DNA from: Moniliella sp. 'wahieum'
Taxonomy: Eukaryota
Length of the DNA stretch: 33,775 nt
Assembly: GCA_003971905.1 (NCBI GenBank)
Contig: RSEE01000136.1
Coordinates: 124,001 to 157,775 of the forward strand
Reading direction: 5' to 3'
The notes under the pieces are model-generated. The model saw only the letters and a list, made by a program, of their open reading frames with translations. It was not told the DNA's origin and ran no database searches. Position numbers and translations under genes: made by a program. Shown piece after piece: positions 1 through 13,150 of the stretch (the first letter of the stretch is position 1; each line of letters starts with the position of its first letter).

Positions 1-620
1 AACGAAGACTATGAAAAGTGGGATCCTTATACCCAATTGACCTATGACCAATTCGCCCTCTCTCTCCAATCCAACGTGACCTTCCTCAACACGAACAATC
101 CGGACTTGACTGCTTTCTTTTCCGATCCGTCCCGCAAGTTGATCACACCCACGGTACGACCGACATTACCATTGCCCCTGCCAACTCGGAGCAATTTTTT
201 GAGCGCGTGGCCAGCCATTCACTCCTGCCAATGGCCACTCGGTCGATGAGAGTTACAAGCTATTTCTCGTTCCGGGTATGGGCCATTGTCGAGGCGGCGA
301 TGGCGCGTTCCATTTCGGTTAGTTGTGACTCAAGAAGCCCCAGGCAACCGGCGTACAAGTTTGACACGGAGCACGATGTACTTCTGCGTCTGGTCGCATG
401 GGTGGAACAGGGAAACAAGTACGAACCGAACACTTGGGTCGCGGCATCTTACCCTACCATCGGTCAAGTCTATACTGATGCAGCTCCCTTTTGGACCTCC
501 AACTATGCATGGGGGCTCCGCTTTACGCGCAAACTCTGTCCCTACCCACAAAAGCCCGTGTACAACGGGTGGGGACCCACTTGGGGGCCTAACGAGCAGC
601 ACAGCTTTTCGTGCCAGTGA
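1..620 (+). CDS. Tannase/feruloyl esterase family protein, C-terminal part (5' end outside window; frameshifted)
   Basis: Stitching frames gives NPDLTAF..KLI..HGTTD (~150-164, catalytic Asp motif), LFLVPGMGHCRGG (~260-298, catalytic His motif), then LVAWVEQG and RKLCPYPQKPVYNG..SFSCQ*, the typical tannase-family C-terminus. Stop TGA at 618-620. Confidence 0.9.
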
Positions 621-1574
621 TCCGTGGGCGATGGGTATTATACAAATTCCTGATCGATCACTAGCACTGTTGATGCATCTCAATCTGGCGCAGCATGATG
701 CATGACACCACTTTCTCATTCTTCCCTTGGTTCTTCCACTTTTTTCTTGATTATGGACACCGCAATTCGTCTTCTTTCACGGCCCTGTTGTTGCCTTTGC
801 GGTTTTCCTCGCAAGAAGGTGCTGGAACGCTGCACCGGTACGATACCGTCCCTGAATAGGTTTTTTCCATTATATATGCCAACAAACCGTTTAAGGTTTC
901 TATGCGTTGTTCCCAAACCAACCACCCCCCCCCCTCCTCTCCTTCCTAACGAGGGTGATCAGTAACCAAGCCCCTCCCACCCGCGCCCCCTCCGGGGGTT
1001 TTTATGAGAACCGAACCCATTGCATATAACTTTCTTTTTTGCTCTCAGAGTCAGACCCTGAAGCTCGAAATTGACCCTTTTTATTACCTGAGAGATGGCC
1101 ATCGATCAGGGTCGGTAACCGGTAAACCCTCACATAGCCCATACATGCAACTACGATAGCCTATTCTCCAGTGGTTGTGGTACAGATTGTGAAAAAAGAA
1201 CGGGGGAAGAGCACTCGGGCATCCTACGGGTTGCCTACAGGTATAAGGCGTGAAGGTCACGCGGTGAGCACCAGCTTTCTTCAGGGAACGTCGGAATACT
1301 ATAGGGGAGGAAACAGGAGAATGATAGGGGAGGCATGCAGACAGGGCAGCTGAGGTGGGTGACATGTGACATCTGCATAATTGGAGCGAGCAGCGGGATG
1401 CGTACTGATACTACTAACCTTCTGCGAGCGGAAGCGGAACTCTTTCGCCCCCGGTCAACGTGTGAGCTTCTAAGGGCCGTGCAGGGGGAAACAAGAGGGA
1501 GAACAGGGAGATCCCAAAGTTAAGCACTGCTCTACTTCTTACATCTCCGTGGTACATCTGCGTCGCTAGTAGTA

Positions 1575-1597
1575 ACTAGTCACTAGTCACTAGTCAC
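1575..1597. repeat. 7-bp tandem repeat (ACTAGTC)x3
   Basis: actagtc actagtc actagtc ac read directly; unit is the palindrome ACTAGT plus one base. Confidence 0.9.
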
Positions 1598-2923
1598 TCT
1601 ATAGATAGTGACAACGAGTAACGATGATAAAACGAGAGTAGTTATATAATAACCTAGTGACGGGACTAGTCATTAGACACTGATAGCCCACACGGCCATC
1701 TGCCCGGCGCTGGCCTTGCGTATCTCGAACCCAACTTGCTTGTAGATCGAAGATCCTGCACCCCGAACATCCTTTTGGCATGCTACAGCAATACGTGATG
1801 ATGAAGGGCAACCTAACTACTAGGCCAATAGGGCCCAAGTGCTATTGACCAACCCCGCGTTTTGGGTGGATCGATCATGGAGATTCGGTGTGAGATCTGT
1901 GAGATCTGAGATGTGTGAAAAGGGTGCAGTGGTTCAAACCTAGATCCTGTCGGGAGTAACTAATAGCGCGCAACGCGTACCCCGCATGTGGACGAAGGAG
2001 ATGGGTTTCGCACTTCATTTCTGGATGCCAGTGGTGGGGTGGAATCTGCTCCATAGTCGAATGTTGATTGCTGTAGGGATGGAATATGGAGGGGGCTACC
2101 CGCAGGCTACAGGACACAGACAGCGTGTTGGAGCGGAGGGAGAAGGTGTGCAGACAGAGCAGATCGATGCCTGTGTGGAGCGCGCGGCAATCACAGCGGC
2201 TTTTGCAGGCCATACCCTCCGCCTTGCATTGGTGGATGTGAGGGGAAGAGCACACACTCTGCAGTGGTAGGGGGTGGGGCATTGAGGCAGTTCTGCGGGA
2301 AGGAGCCACCACACACCTCCTATTGGCAAAGCGCGTCTGTGTCTGTGTATAGCACGCACAGTGCATCAAAGGATGAGGCAGTCCTTGGCGTGTTACTGCG
2401 CTAGAGCCTCGTGCAAAGCCTCTCATCAGCTGCTGCTGGGCCACTGTCTTCGGCAATAGCACATTTCGTTGTGTATTACATGCACGGGGCACAGTTATAC
2501 TATACAGCGTGCGCCTGTCCATAGCTCATGCTCGCCTGCTCGCAACTCCGACCCAAGCACAGCCTGCGTGCTAGTGCCCATGGCCGACGCTTGTTGCTTG
2601 CAGCCAACCAACCAATCGACGCTGGGTGTGCGGCCCAGTGCCACCCCAATCCCAATCCCAGCCCCACGGCTGCTGCTGCGGCCCGAAGGCGGAGAAGCAG
2701 CAGCGCGGATTAGCACTGCAGAGGCACGCAGCATTCACTCACCCCCCAGCAGCCCCACCCCGCACCCCCCGCCCCAGGGCCTATATTAACCCCTGCCCTT
2801 ATACGCCCCACCCCCGTTGCGTCCGCACACACCTACCCCCCCCCCCGCCCCCGCCCTCTTCTGCTTCTTGCTCCCCTCCCCTCCTTCACTTGCACCCCGC
2901 TTCCCCTGTCCTCCCACGGTAGA

Positions 2924-4099
2924 ATGAGCAACAGCCAGAAGGACGAGCACCTCAGCCTCAACATGAACACCATCAATCACAGTGACCCAGAGGACCTAGG
3001 CAGCCGTGCGAATGGTATCCCACTTCTGCGCAACCTCACCCGTACGTTTGCTCTCCCTCTCCCTCTCCTCTCCCTCTCTTCCCTCTCGTATTGTCCCACC
3101 CCCGGTACTTGTTTTTCTTTTGCTGACCCACTGCCCTCCTCGCCATTTTCTGTATAGCGGGGGGGCATGCCCTGGACGCCTCACAGCCGGCGTTTCCCGT
3201 ATACACCGGTACGTGCATTCTATCTTGAGTCCTCTCGCCCGCAGAATGTGTACTGACTGTAACGCGGATGGTTCGGACCCTATATTACTCTTCGTTTGTA
3301 TATCATGCACAAAAGTTTGCCACCCAGCGCCACTCGGCCTGATGGCTTTGCCAGCACCACATTCATCCTCTCACGGTTCACGTTGGCGCTCGGGGCATCA
3401 GCTCCCAACCTCATCATTGCCCCCGCCTTGGCCAGGCGGACTGGCCCAGTTCATGGCTGGTGTTTGGGAGTTTGCTTCGGGTACGTAGTCGCCATCATAC
3501 ACCCGCTTCTCTTGCTCGCTAGTCTATCTTCGTCAGAGAAGAAAATACTTATACCTGCTATCTGTTTTTTTGTTTTTACCGTCTGCAGGCAACACATTTG
3601 GGGCCACAGCATTTTGCATGGTGAGTTTTTCTTCCCACCCCATTCTCCGTGCATAGAGAGGATTTCTCTGTGTGTCACAACCTAACCAGTACCCTTTTCC
3701 GTCTCCACCTGGCCGTGGTACATACAGTACGGAAGCTTTTGGTTTAGCTTTGCCATCATCTTCATCCCCTGGTTTGGCATTGGTGCGGCGGTGCCGGCCA
3801 AGGAACTCGATTCGAGCATTGGCATCTTCCTTGCCACATGGTTTATTGTGACCTTTATTCTGATGCTGGCCACCTTACGCGCTTCCGTTGCGCTTGTGTG
3901 CGTCTTTGTCAGCCTCAGCGTCACTTTCCTCTTGCTCTTCTGCCACTACTTTTCTGGCAACGCTCATGTTGGCACAGCAGGCGGAGCGATGGGCATCGTG
4001 TGTGCCGCTTGTGCGTTTTATACCGCCGCCACGGGCGTGGTAACCGCCGAAACGTCCGTCATGGCCCTTCCGGCCGGCGAGTTGAGCCGTAAAGATTAA
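2924..4099 (+). CDS. GPR1/FUN34/YaaH (Ady2/Ato-like) acetate transporter, multi-exon
   Basis: ATG at 2924. Spliced and indel-corrected reading gives TPGGHALDASQPAFPVY..KFA(N)PAPLGL..FASTTFILS..GGLAQFMAGVWEFASGNTFGATAF..YGSFWFSFA..IGIFLATWFIVTFILMLATLRAS..TAA 4099. Introns approx. 3042-3157 (GTACGT..GCTGAC..TAG), ~3209-3311 (acceptor damaged), ~3481-3588 and ~3621-3727. Confidence 0.93.
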
Positions 4100-5303
4100 T
4101 GCTCGGTACGGAGTGCTGAGTCGGCGTGGTTGTAAGAGGTGTCTGCACTAAGCATCTCTCCCACCACCACACCATATTACACCGCACCATACCATTCCAC
4201 CTTATACACTCCCACTTTTGTCCTCTCTTTAACTCTACACACCCGCACGTGCTTTCCCCTCTCCCCTTTTTTTTCTTCTCGCCACGGACACGGCGGCGTG
4301 TCCATGTGTGACCCTCTCTGTTCCTCTCTCGCTCCACTCGTTTTTTTGGCTCATTACCCTTTGTCTCTCCTATCCGCCGCTGATATGCTCCCCACCACAA
4401 CGATTGAAACCACACACCATAAAAAGGGCTTCAATAGGCGCGCTCAGCTTCTTTACTTGAATTGATGGCTCCCCCTGCTCGTCTTGACACATAGATGCCT
4501 GTACGGTATTGGTGCCGGTAAAATGTAAAATCATCCAGGAAAGAATGATCGAGGGCGAAGGAGTCATGCTCCCCTCGGTGCCAGGGATGGTCTCCTTCTA
4601 TACGTTCGTTTGGGTTTCATACACCACCGACATGACGCCCACTGGTGGTCCTCTTCATTGGTGATCATCGATATCATCTATCCTCAGCCGCTTGACTCGC
4701 CCCACCTGCGCCGGGTTGCGTTGTTGTTGGGTTGGCAATGCACCGGTCAGTTTGACTTGTTGTGGTGGGTTGTCCACAGGTTGGTGCCAGAAGCGGCTCG
4801 GGAATTACTTCGTAGTTTATTGTAGAAACTTGATACGCTAGGCCGATGTTGTGGGGGCACAGAGGTGAATCCCCGAAAGGCTCATGGTTGGGCGCGATAT
4901 AACCTACCCCGATCAGCATTTAACACGTGCGGTTCCACCACCACGTTCACCACGTTCACCACACACTCTGTGGATATGAGAATCGCAGGTCTCGCCTACG
5001 CACAGTTCTAGACTCCATACGTTCTCCCAGCCCCTCGTTGGGACATCTGTCCTCCCTCCAACAATCCGTCTGGTAGAATCCCAGCAGGCGCAATTTTTAC
5101 CATCATCCAAAGGGTCAACTCACAGTACGCACACGAACTCAGTTTGGAAGTGCTCCCCCTTTGAAGCTTGATACAAGTACGTTGAGCTCGTGTTTTCTTG
5201 CACTCTGTAGGATCCATGGAGGGACGCCCGCATGTGACATGTGGTTCTCTGGCGATCTCACTTCTCACTCCTGCATTGGTTAGTGTGCAGCTTAGGCCCT
5301 CGG

Positions 5304-5327
5304 GATAATCGATAATCGATAATCGAT
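5304..5327. repeat. 7-bp tandem repeat (GATAATC)x3
   Basis: gataatc gataatc gataatc gat; equivalent to ATCGAT plus A. Confidence 0.85.
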
Positions 5328-5600
5328 CATGCATCAAGGATCATCTTGCCCTTTGCGTGTTCTTACAAAGCGCGCCGTCGAATGGGTCACTGCGTTTCAT
5401 TTCCCCCTTAGTCAATTGATGTTCTTGCTTAGCCTGTTAGCGTGCCAGTGAGCCGCGTTCAAGCTTCAAATTGGATGTCAAGATTCAATATTCAAGCTTC
5501 ACGTTTTGCGCATGCTCTTCTGTGTGCTGTGGAAGAATACACAACGTGCGGGGAAGACCATTCTTATAGGAATGGCTAATGGCCTGGGCGGGGGATCATC

Positions 5601-5643
5601 TCGATCATCGATCATCGATCATCGATCATCGACAATCGATCAT
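5601..5643. repeat. 7-bp tandem repeat (TCGATCA)x~6
   Basis: tcgatca x4, tcgacaa, tcgatca; equivalent to ATCGAT plus C. Confidence 0.9.
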
Positions 5644-5811
5644 GCATCAAACATCACATGCACATCACATCGCATGCTCCACTCGCTGTGCCGGTACGTA
5701 CTTGTGGTGGTGGGGAACATCTCCGACGAGCAGTCTGCAGCAGAGATGCCGGCCGGGGGCCAGTCAATCGGTCTCCAGGAGCGGAAACGAGGTAGCGGTT
5801 AACCCGTAGCG

Positions 5812-5834
5812 CGCGTTACGCGTTACGCGTTACG
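5812..5834. repeat. 7-bp tandem repeat (CGCGTTA)x3
   Basis: cgcgtta cgcgtta cgcgtta cg; equivalent to ACGCGT plus T. Confidence 0.85.
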
Positions 5835-6158
5835 AGTCAAGCGAAGAGCGGGCCGTGGTGCGGACAGCCACAGGATACCAACCACCAGAAAAGGAGGACA
5901 GCAAAGGCGCTTTCCCGGCGCGCGCAGCGCCTGCTCTGATACGAACAGGTGTCTAGTGCCCCTACGTCTAAGCTACCGATATCACCCCCACGTCACAACC
6001 TGGATACTGAGTCAATACCGAGACTGAGCACTGAGTTGCAGAGTTGCAGTCGCGCCACCGAGTCACCGGCCGGCCACCGGCGGCCTGCCCTGGCCAATCA
6101 GATCAGGGCGGTTCCTGGCCCGTTGGGGTGTGGATGCTCCTGCGTCTGCTCCACCATC

Positions 6159-7136
6159 ATGACCGAGCTCACCGTCGCCCAGGCCACGCACCAAGGTCTC
6201 TTCACCAGCCTACCTGAACCGCTGGTGCAGCGCGTCTTGGCCGCTGCGCCCTTCCTCACCGTTTCGGGGGTGCACAATGTGCGCGATGTAGGACAATGCG
6301 GCACCGACATGCAAGTTGCTCCGACGTTGAAGTCCGGTCGCGTGTTCCGCTCGGCATCGCTGCACCAGCTCTCACCGCAAGGTATGCAGGACCTGGCACA
6401 GCTCGGCGGGTCCAGTGTTTTCTGCGGTCGGAGCAGGAGCGCGCGGCGCTCCCCCCGCCCCCAATGGAGGGCATCAAGGTAGTTTGGTTCCCGCCCGCTC
6501 AGCCTCCAAGTTCCCTGGACTTTTCTACGTTTACCGGTTCCTCAGAGCAGGTGGCCAAGGCGTTCCAAGTACTCTACATGGACATCTTGGTTACCCACAC
6601 CCCGGTTTACCGTGCTGTGTTCGAACATATTCGAGATGCGCCGGACGGTCACAACCTCCTCTTCCATTGCCAGGTGGGCAAGGACCGTACGGCGTGCTTG
6701 CCGCTTTGATCCTTGATCTGGTAGGCGTCCAGGACAGGTTGATTGCGCATGACTATTCTTTGTCCCGCATCGGCCTCGAGCCAGCACGAGACCAGTTACG
6801 TCAACTTTCCCTCGTCTACGCAAGTGCCAAGCAACACGCGTCCGCGTCCCAGTCCGCGTCCCAGTCTGCCACCTCCCCTGCCCCCACTGCTCCGCCCGCA
6901 TCTAGCCTTGGCCCTCGCTCAGCCGAGTTCTGGCCAGTGGACAAGACGCGTTCCAGCAGGACGCCACCCCTTCCCCCAAGTTGGCGTTCATGGAGAACCT
7001 GATGCGGTCCGACGAGCATGTGATCAACTTTCTCGCTTGCCTCCGCGCCACACACGGGGGCGCACAAGGGTACCTCACTAACCAGCTTGGTTTCTCCTCC
7101 CTTGACCTCGACCGCATTCGCGCCCGGCTGCTCTAA
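6159..7136 (+). CDS. Tyrosine phosphatase family protein (Y_phosphatase3 / IphP-like), frameshifted
   Basis: ATG 6159: PFLTVSGVHNVRDVG..GRVFRSA..; active-site LFHCQVGKDRT(GVLAALIL) with CX5R at ~6660-6710; IAHDYSLSRIGLEP; C-terminal LRATHGGAQGYLTNQLGFSSLDLDRIRARLL* with TAA at 7134-7136. Frame changes near 6420, 6690 and 6980. Confidence 0.9.
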
Positions 7137-8356
7137 GTGAGTGCTGAGTACCGACTATGGAGTACGGAGTACGGAGTACTGTGTACTGTGTACTTGGGCG
7201 GCCGCGCATTTTGGCGCCAAAACAAAAAGACGTAGTGGTGCGCTGTTGTCCAAGGCGCACCATGGTCAATGATTAATGATCGATGATCATGAGCCACACC
7301 TTTTTGCTCGTGGTTTGTGGCGTGTGGTTCTTCGCTCTCGTAGCTCGTTGTACTTGGCCTTCTTGCACCTACATCACACGTGAAATCTGCTATGCTGCGT
7401 GGGGACGCTAACAGGGACCGACGGGGGGGGAGGGGGGCTAACGCGTACCATATACCAAAGGGCGCCGTGTGAATAGCTTGTAGGCGGGCAATTCGACTCG
7501 CATGTCACGTGTCACAGCTGCTCAGCTCTGTGCTCGCTCAGGCGCTCAGGTGTTGATCTCCAGCATGGGGGCTGAGGCTCACCGGCTTCAACCGAGCCAA
7601 TTTTCGTCGCGGGTTCGGCCCCAGCATGCCTGTCCATGCACCATGCCATCGCTGTTGGCGGCTACTTGGTACTTACTACCACTTGCTGTTGGCCCCACAG
7701 CGCCCCCGTATGGTCTCAGGCGTAAGACCTAAGGCCGAACCGGCACCTGCGGTAACCGGCCCGTAACCTTTAGGCCGTAGGCCTTGGGCCTTGGGCCTTG
7801 GGCCTTTTAATTTTAACCCCAACCGCACAAGGCAGCCGGGTGAGTGAGCGTGTGGGGTATTCCTCATTCCGCCTTTCCCGCCCCATTGGCGGCGCACGGC
7901 GCGGGGTCACCCGGTCACCGGTCACCGACCGTCCAGTGGGGTCACTGACTCAGCGTGAGCTCCGAGAATGGCTGATCGGTGATGGCTGAGCTCAGCCGGC
8001 AGGCGGCAGCAGGCGGGCAGCATTCGGGCAGCACGCACCCAAACGACGCTCCGCCCGCCCGATCCACGCCGAGCGCCCCAGCCGCCCCGCGAGCACGGTT
8101 CTTGGTTCTGGGTTCTGGGTTGTCTCTGCCTCTGCCTCTGCCTCTGGGCGCACCACCACCGTGCAAGGACCCACTGTTGACCGTTGACGCATTGACGGCA
8201 GCCCCCCCGCTTAGATCAGCTCTGCTTCTGCTCCCTCAGGCCTCAGCTTCCCGAGCTTCGACGTACAGGCGTCCCTTGTTCTTTCTTGCTTGCTCTAGCG
8301 TGCTTTGTGCGTTTGCTTATTTTTTCCCTGCCACCACCATCCTTCCCCCGTGCCCA

Positions 8357-9818
8357 ATGTCCTTGGCCTTCTGTCCCCTGCTGCTCGTCTCGCTGCCCCG
8401 GGCCTGCTCGCCCGCGCGCCCCTCCTGCCTTGGCCACACTCGTCGGCTATGCCACGTCCAGTCCAGTGGCCCTTTCAATATGACCAGTAGTACTGTGTGC
8501 GCTTCCTTTTTCCTCGCTTTGAGGACCGGCTGGCTGGGCCCACCGCACCGTTCTCTTGGGGTTTCTCTTCCGTCTGTCTGTGTATCTGTTTTGTTGACCG
8601 TTGTGTTTCCTTTCCGCCTTTTCGCCTCAAGATTTTCCAAGTACAACTGGGAGGATCCGGTGGGGTTGGAAACCAACTTGACCGCGACGAAAAAGCGATT
8701 CGCGACACGGCCGCTGAGTTTGCTACGGAACTTGGCGCCACGGGTGAAGGAGATGGCACGGAACGAAACGTGGGACCCGCCATTTTGCCTGCCATGGGCA
8801 AGTTGGTCTCCTAGGCCCGACCATCCAAGGACGGCTGTGCCGGACGGCGTGAAAAATGTCGCGTACGGGCTGATTGCACGTGAAATCGAGAAGGTTGATT
8901 CGGGGTACCGCTCTATCTTGTCCGTTCAATCTTCTTTGGCGATGGGTGCGATTGCCCAGTTCGGTACCGACGCACAGAAGGAACGGTTTTTGCCCCGGAT
9001 GGCACGCGGTGATCTGGTGGGGTGCTTTGGTCTGACGGAGCCGAACCATGGATCGGACCCGAGCGGGATGGGATGGAGACCACAGCGGAAGAATGTGAGG
9101 CGGTGCGACGGTGAGGTGGTGTTGAATGGGGCAAGACGTGGATTTCCAACTCGCCGTACTCGGATGTGTTTGGTATGGGCCAAGGCTAAGTGGGATGGTA
9201 AGGTGCATGGGTTTGTGCTGGAACGCGGTACAAAGGGGTTGGAGGCGCCCAAGATCGCGCACAAAACTGCTTTGCGCGCTTCGGTCACCGGATCCATCTT
9301 CCTGGATATGTACGCGTCAAGATGGAGGCAAGTCACTTGGCTCGTGCCAAGCCAGGCTTGGCGCACCGTTCGAGTGCTTGAACAGTGCTCGGTACGGTAT
9401 CAGTTGGGGCTCGATGGGCTCGCTCGAGGCGTGCATTGCCGAGGCACGCGAATACGCTTTGGCTCGGCACCAGTTCCACAAACCCTTGGCGGGATTCCAA
9501 TTGGTCCAGAAGAAATTGGTCGATGCGCATGCAGAAGTCCAGCTGGGACTGCTCCTTTCGCTCCAGGTAGGTCGGGCCAAAGACGCAGGCACGTACAACC
9601 CGCAAATGATCAGCTTGGCCAAACGCAACAATTGCGGTAAGGCCCTGCACCACGCTCGTATCCTGCTGGAAATCTTGGGCGGGAACGCGGCCTCGGACGA
9701 GTACCACCTCCCCCGCCACGCGGCGAACTTGTACGTCGTCAATACGTACGAGGGCACGTACGATGTCCATGGCTTGATCTTGGGCAATGCCTTGACTGGC
9801 CTGCCTGCCTTTGCGTAG
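8357..9818 (+). CDS. GCDH: Glutaryl-CoA dehydrogenase (acyl-CoA dehydrogenase family), probably mitochondrial; frameshifted
   Basis: [76 protein letters not shown] and [20 protein letters not shown] all match the GCDH pattern. Probable intron ~8487-8631. Ala/Leu/Arg-rich N-terminus. Start codon is tentative; stop TAG at 9816-9818. Confidence 0.93.
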
Positions 9819-10510
9819 GCCACCGCGTGGCTTGCCCGTCGCCGCCTCCCCTTCCCGCGGTGGGAACGGGCGAGATGCATCAGGATTCACAAGGCTGTTT
9901 TTTGTCCCCAGGGGGATGGGGGGTCGGAGGGATGCAGGATACGTAGGACTAGGACTGATGCGGTAGAGGGCGGGAGGGGGACGATGCATGCTGCGGAATC
10001 AGCCTGATTAACCATTCCTCTCGTGGGCAATTTACAGCCGTTGCAGTGCGAGGCAAGGCCAGCCCTAAGCACTTAGCCTCGACTGGCTAACCCCAGTGAC
10101 TGTTATTTACCCCGCGCCACCTCTCTGTCGATTGACCGTGGCCGAGGCAGAGGCAGCTGGCAGAGCGGAACCGACGCAGCGGAAGACGGGGCAGGCAGGC
10201 AGGGTTGGAATTCAACATTCAAATGTTCAATGCTGAGCAGGTGGGGACCGAGGCACGGGGGCGTGTGGCGGTGGGGCAGGGGGCATGCGTGTTTGCCTCC
10301 ACGCGGCCAGATCCACATTGCTGCAGGTACAGTGATCGATGATCGTCCAGGGCGATGCTGGCGCTGTGCCGGCACAGCACTGGTGTTGTGGGTGTGGTGC
10401 TGGGCGGCGCACTGCTGCAGTGTCGCTCGCGCGCCCTCCACGCGTCGCTCGGCCTGCGGCTTGCCTGATGCGTGCTGGGTGATGATCTCGATGATCCACT
10501 CGGTGTGACA

Positions 10511-13107
10511 ATGAAATTGAGCACTGCCTCTTCCAGCACACCCAGTACGTGCGACTCAGCGCAGCCGCCGCTCCATCTTCCCGTCCCTCTCGCCCGCTCC
10601 CCCACTGCCTTCGTGCCTCCATCTCCACCCCCACCGCCACCCCACCACCACTCCCACCCCCACCATGCTCCCGCCAAGGGCAAGGGCAAGGGCAACGCGC
10701 CCGCCAGCCGCATGACCGCCAGCCAGCTCTACACCCCACATGGTCAGCACCAACCAACTCGCCCAAGCAAGCATCGACGACCTCCACCGCCAAGAGGCCT
10801 TTGCTGCCTCCCAAGTCTCCCTCGCCGCCCAGTCCACCGACACCCTCGCGCTCAAGTCCACCAAGCGCCACGACGGCTCCTCCTACATTGCCCTCGGCCT
10901 CGACGGCGACAGCGAAGAAGAAACAGGCCTGCTCGAAGACGACGAGCAGCCCGAAACCGAGCGGGAAAAGGCCCAGCGCGTCGGCCGCACCCCAGGATGG
11001 TTCACCAACACCCATCGCGCCATCGACGAGTGGGTCAACACGTGCAGGGAAACGTTTCGACAGAGTCGCCGTGTGCGCATCGTGTCCTACCTGACCATTT
11101 TTGTCCTTGGCATGCTCCTTGTTGGCTCCTTCCTTTCGCCCGAGCGTCGTGCTTCCCTCTCCTCTATGGCCCCGTGGAAATCCGCCGACGAAGACCGACC
11201 CCTGACGCCCGAGGAGCAGGCTGCTGGTACCCCTCTCCCGCGCTCGACCGCCCTGACGACGCAGAGGGGCTGGGCAATGGCCTGCTGGATCTCCGCCCGG
11301 GCGAGGCCGGAACATGGTACAAGTCCCACCCAGGCCCCATGGCTACTGGCACGCTCCCCTTTTGGGCGTCGGCAGCGGCGCTGCCCACGGGCGCATCGCA
11401 CACCCGTGGTCACCAGGTCTACCAAACCGCTTTGGCCGGCGACCAGGCCGTGCAAACTTTGGCGCCATTTGACCACATGGGCCCGCTTACGCCTTACCGC
11501 TCTGCGCCTGGCTTTGGCATAGACAATCTCCGCTACCGCGACGCGTCGGGCTTGATGCCCAACGCTCAAGGACAAGGGTCTTGCACCATCGATCAAGTTC
11601 ACATTCTTCATCGTCACGGCGCTCGCTATCCTACCTCTGGCTCTCCCGTTCATGCGCTTCAGTCCCTCACGCGTGCCCGCGAGGCTGGCAAAGTCACCTT
11701 TTCAGGTCCTCTTGCGTTCCTCCAGTCTTGGTCTTACCAGTTGGGCAGCGAGTTGCTCACGCCCCCCGGACGATTGGAACTGTACCACAGCGGTGTCCAG
11801 GCGCACATGCAGTACGCCCATCTGGTCGGCGACCAACACCAAGGTGTGGCCGTGTCGAGCCATGTGGCATCGTCGACCCAGAAGAGAGATAAGTGGACGA
11901 AGCGCGCTGCACTTCGTGCCAATCGCCGCCAATGGGGTTGGAGCACATCTACCGCCGCACCACTCTTGGTCCGCGCTGGCTCTCAACGCCGCATTGTCGA
12001 TTCCGCCCTGTCCTGGCTCCAAGGATTCTTTGGCCCGCAACTATGGAACGATTTTGCCGTCCCACCTGAAACTGACTTGGTCCCGCCCGATGGTGAGATG
12101 GTCTCCCACCCTCTTGGTAACCAGGTCGCACGTATCGATTTTCAAGTCCACCCAGAAGCTCCCGGTTGGAACACTACCTTGGCAAGTAACTTTGCTTGTC
12201 CCGCTGCCGCCGGCGGAACGCCACGACGGCAGAACGCTTGACTGCTTTCCGTCAGACGTACCTCCACCAAGCGCTCGAACGCCTGCAGAATCACATCCAC
12301 ATTGTTGGTGCTGCTGCGCGGCGCAGGGCCAGGACCAAGGACAAGCAGACTGGGATGGTAAGTTGACCCCGGCATTGTTGAATGCGATGCAACAGATGTG
12401 CTCGTACGAAACTGTTGCCCTGGGCCAATCTTCCTTTTGCTCCTTGTTTACCGCGGCCGAGTGGGAGGGGTACGAACGGCTATGGGACATGCAGTTCCAC
12501 GGGTACGATGGGGCTGGTACGCCCTTGGCGCAGCACAGGGCGTAGGGTGGACACAAGAGTTCCTCGCTCGCTTGACCAACCAGGCTTGGAACGCAACCAC
12601 TCAAACGAGTGAAAATACAACGGTCAACATGGACCCAACTAAGTTCCCCACCAGCGCATCTCAACGCGTCTTTGTCGATTTCACCCACGACAGTATCCTC
12701 ACCTCTGTCTTGGCTGCCCTCGGTACCCAGGACCTCAATACCCTCCTCCATTCGATCCTGCCTCCCCGTCCTCGGTAGACCCACACGCTCGGTTCCGCAC
12801 CAGCCACCTCGTGCCCTTTGCCGCGCGCATGGTCTTCGAACGCTTAACGTGTACCGAAGATGCTTCTCCGTCCACCTCCGCCCACGGTGCGGGTCAATAC
12901 GTTCGCATGATCTTGAACGATGCTTTGGTCCCACTCGCTTCGGTCGGATGTACGGATCGTCCGGACGGCCTGTGCTCCGTACAGGAACTCCTGCGCGTAC
13001 TTACCCCCCTTGGAACGGACTACCCACTCGTTTGCACATGTGTGCGCGACGAATGCCACCCACCACCACTACCTCTGCGCCTGCGTTGTAGGGTTCTCGT
13101 CCCTTGA
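10511..13107 (+). CDS. Histidine acid phosphatase / phytase-like protein with internal N-proximal transmembrane anchor; frameshifted
   Basis: CTIDQVHILHRHGARYPT (RHGxRxP at 11612-11632), MCSYETVALGQSSFCSLFT..EWEGY, FVDFTHDS (HD at 12686-12691), VPFAARMVFERLTC and YVRMILNDALVPL. Hydrophobic IVSYLTIFVLGMLLVGSFL at ~11080-11136. Start and exact stop are uncertain because of indels. Confidence 0.9.
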
Positions 13108-13150
13108 TGCGTCACGGTGCGGTCCGCGTTGCGGTTCGGTTGCTGTTTCG

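Noticed and set aside
2782..2789. TATA-like TATATTAA ~135 bp upstream of the acetate transporter ATG
   Set aside because: Plausible but non-canonical, and cannot be supported without TSS data.
7979..8356. N-terminal extension of the 553-aa ORF over GCDH
   Set aside because: Low-complexity GC-rich leader with hexamer runs, and the ORF reads through a probable intron; most likely promoter/UTR open by chance.
9317..12934. Long - strand ORFs overlapping the GCDH and phosphatase genes
   Set aside because: Antisense shadows of GC-rich coding sequence with no recognisable motifs.
1..13107. Functional gene cluster (tannase, acetate transporter, two phosphatases, GCDH)
   Set aside because: No backbone enzyme, regulator or coherent pathway; the spacing and mix look like ordinary gene order.
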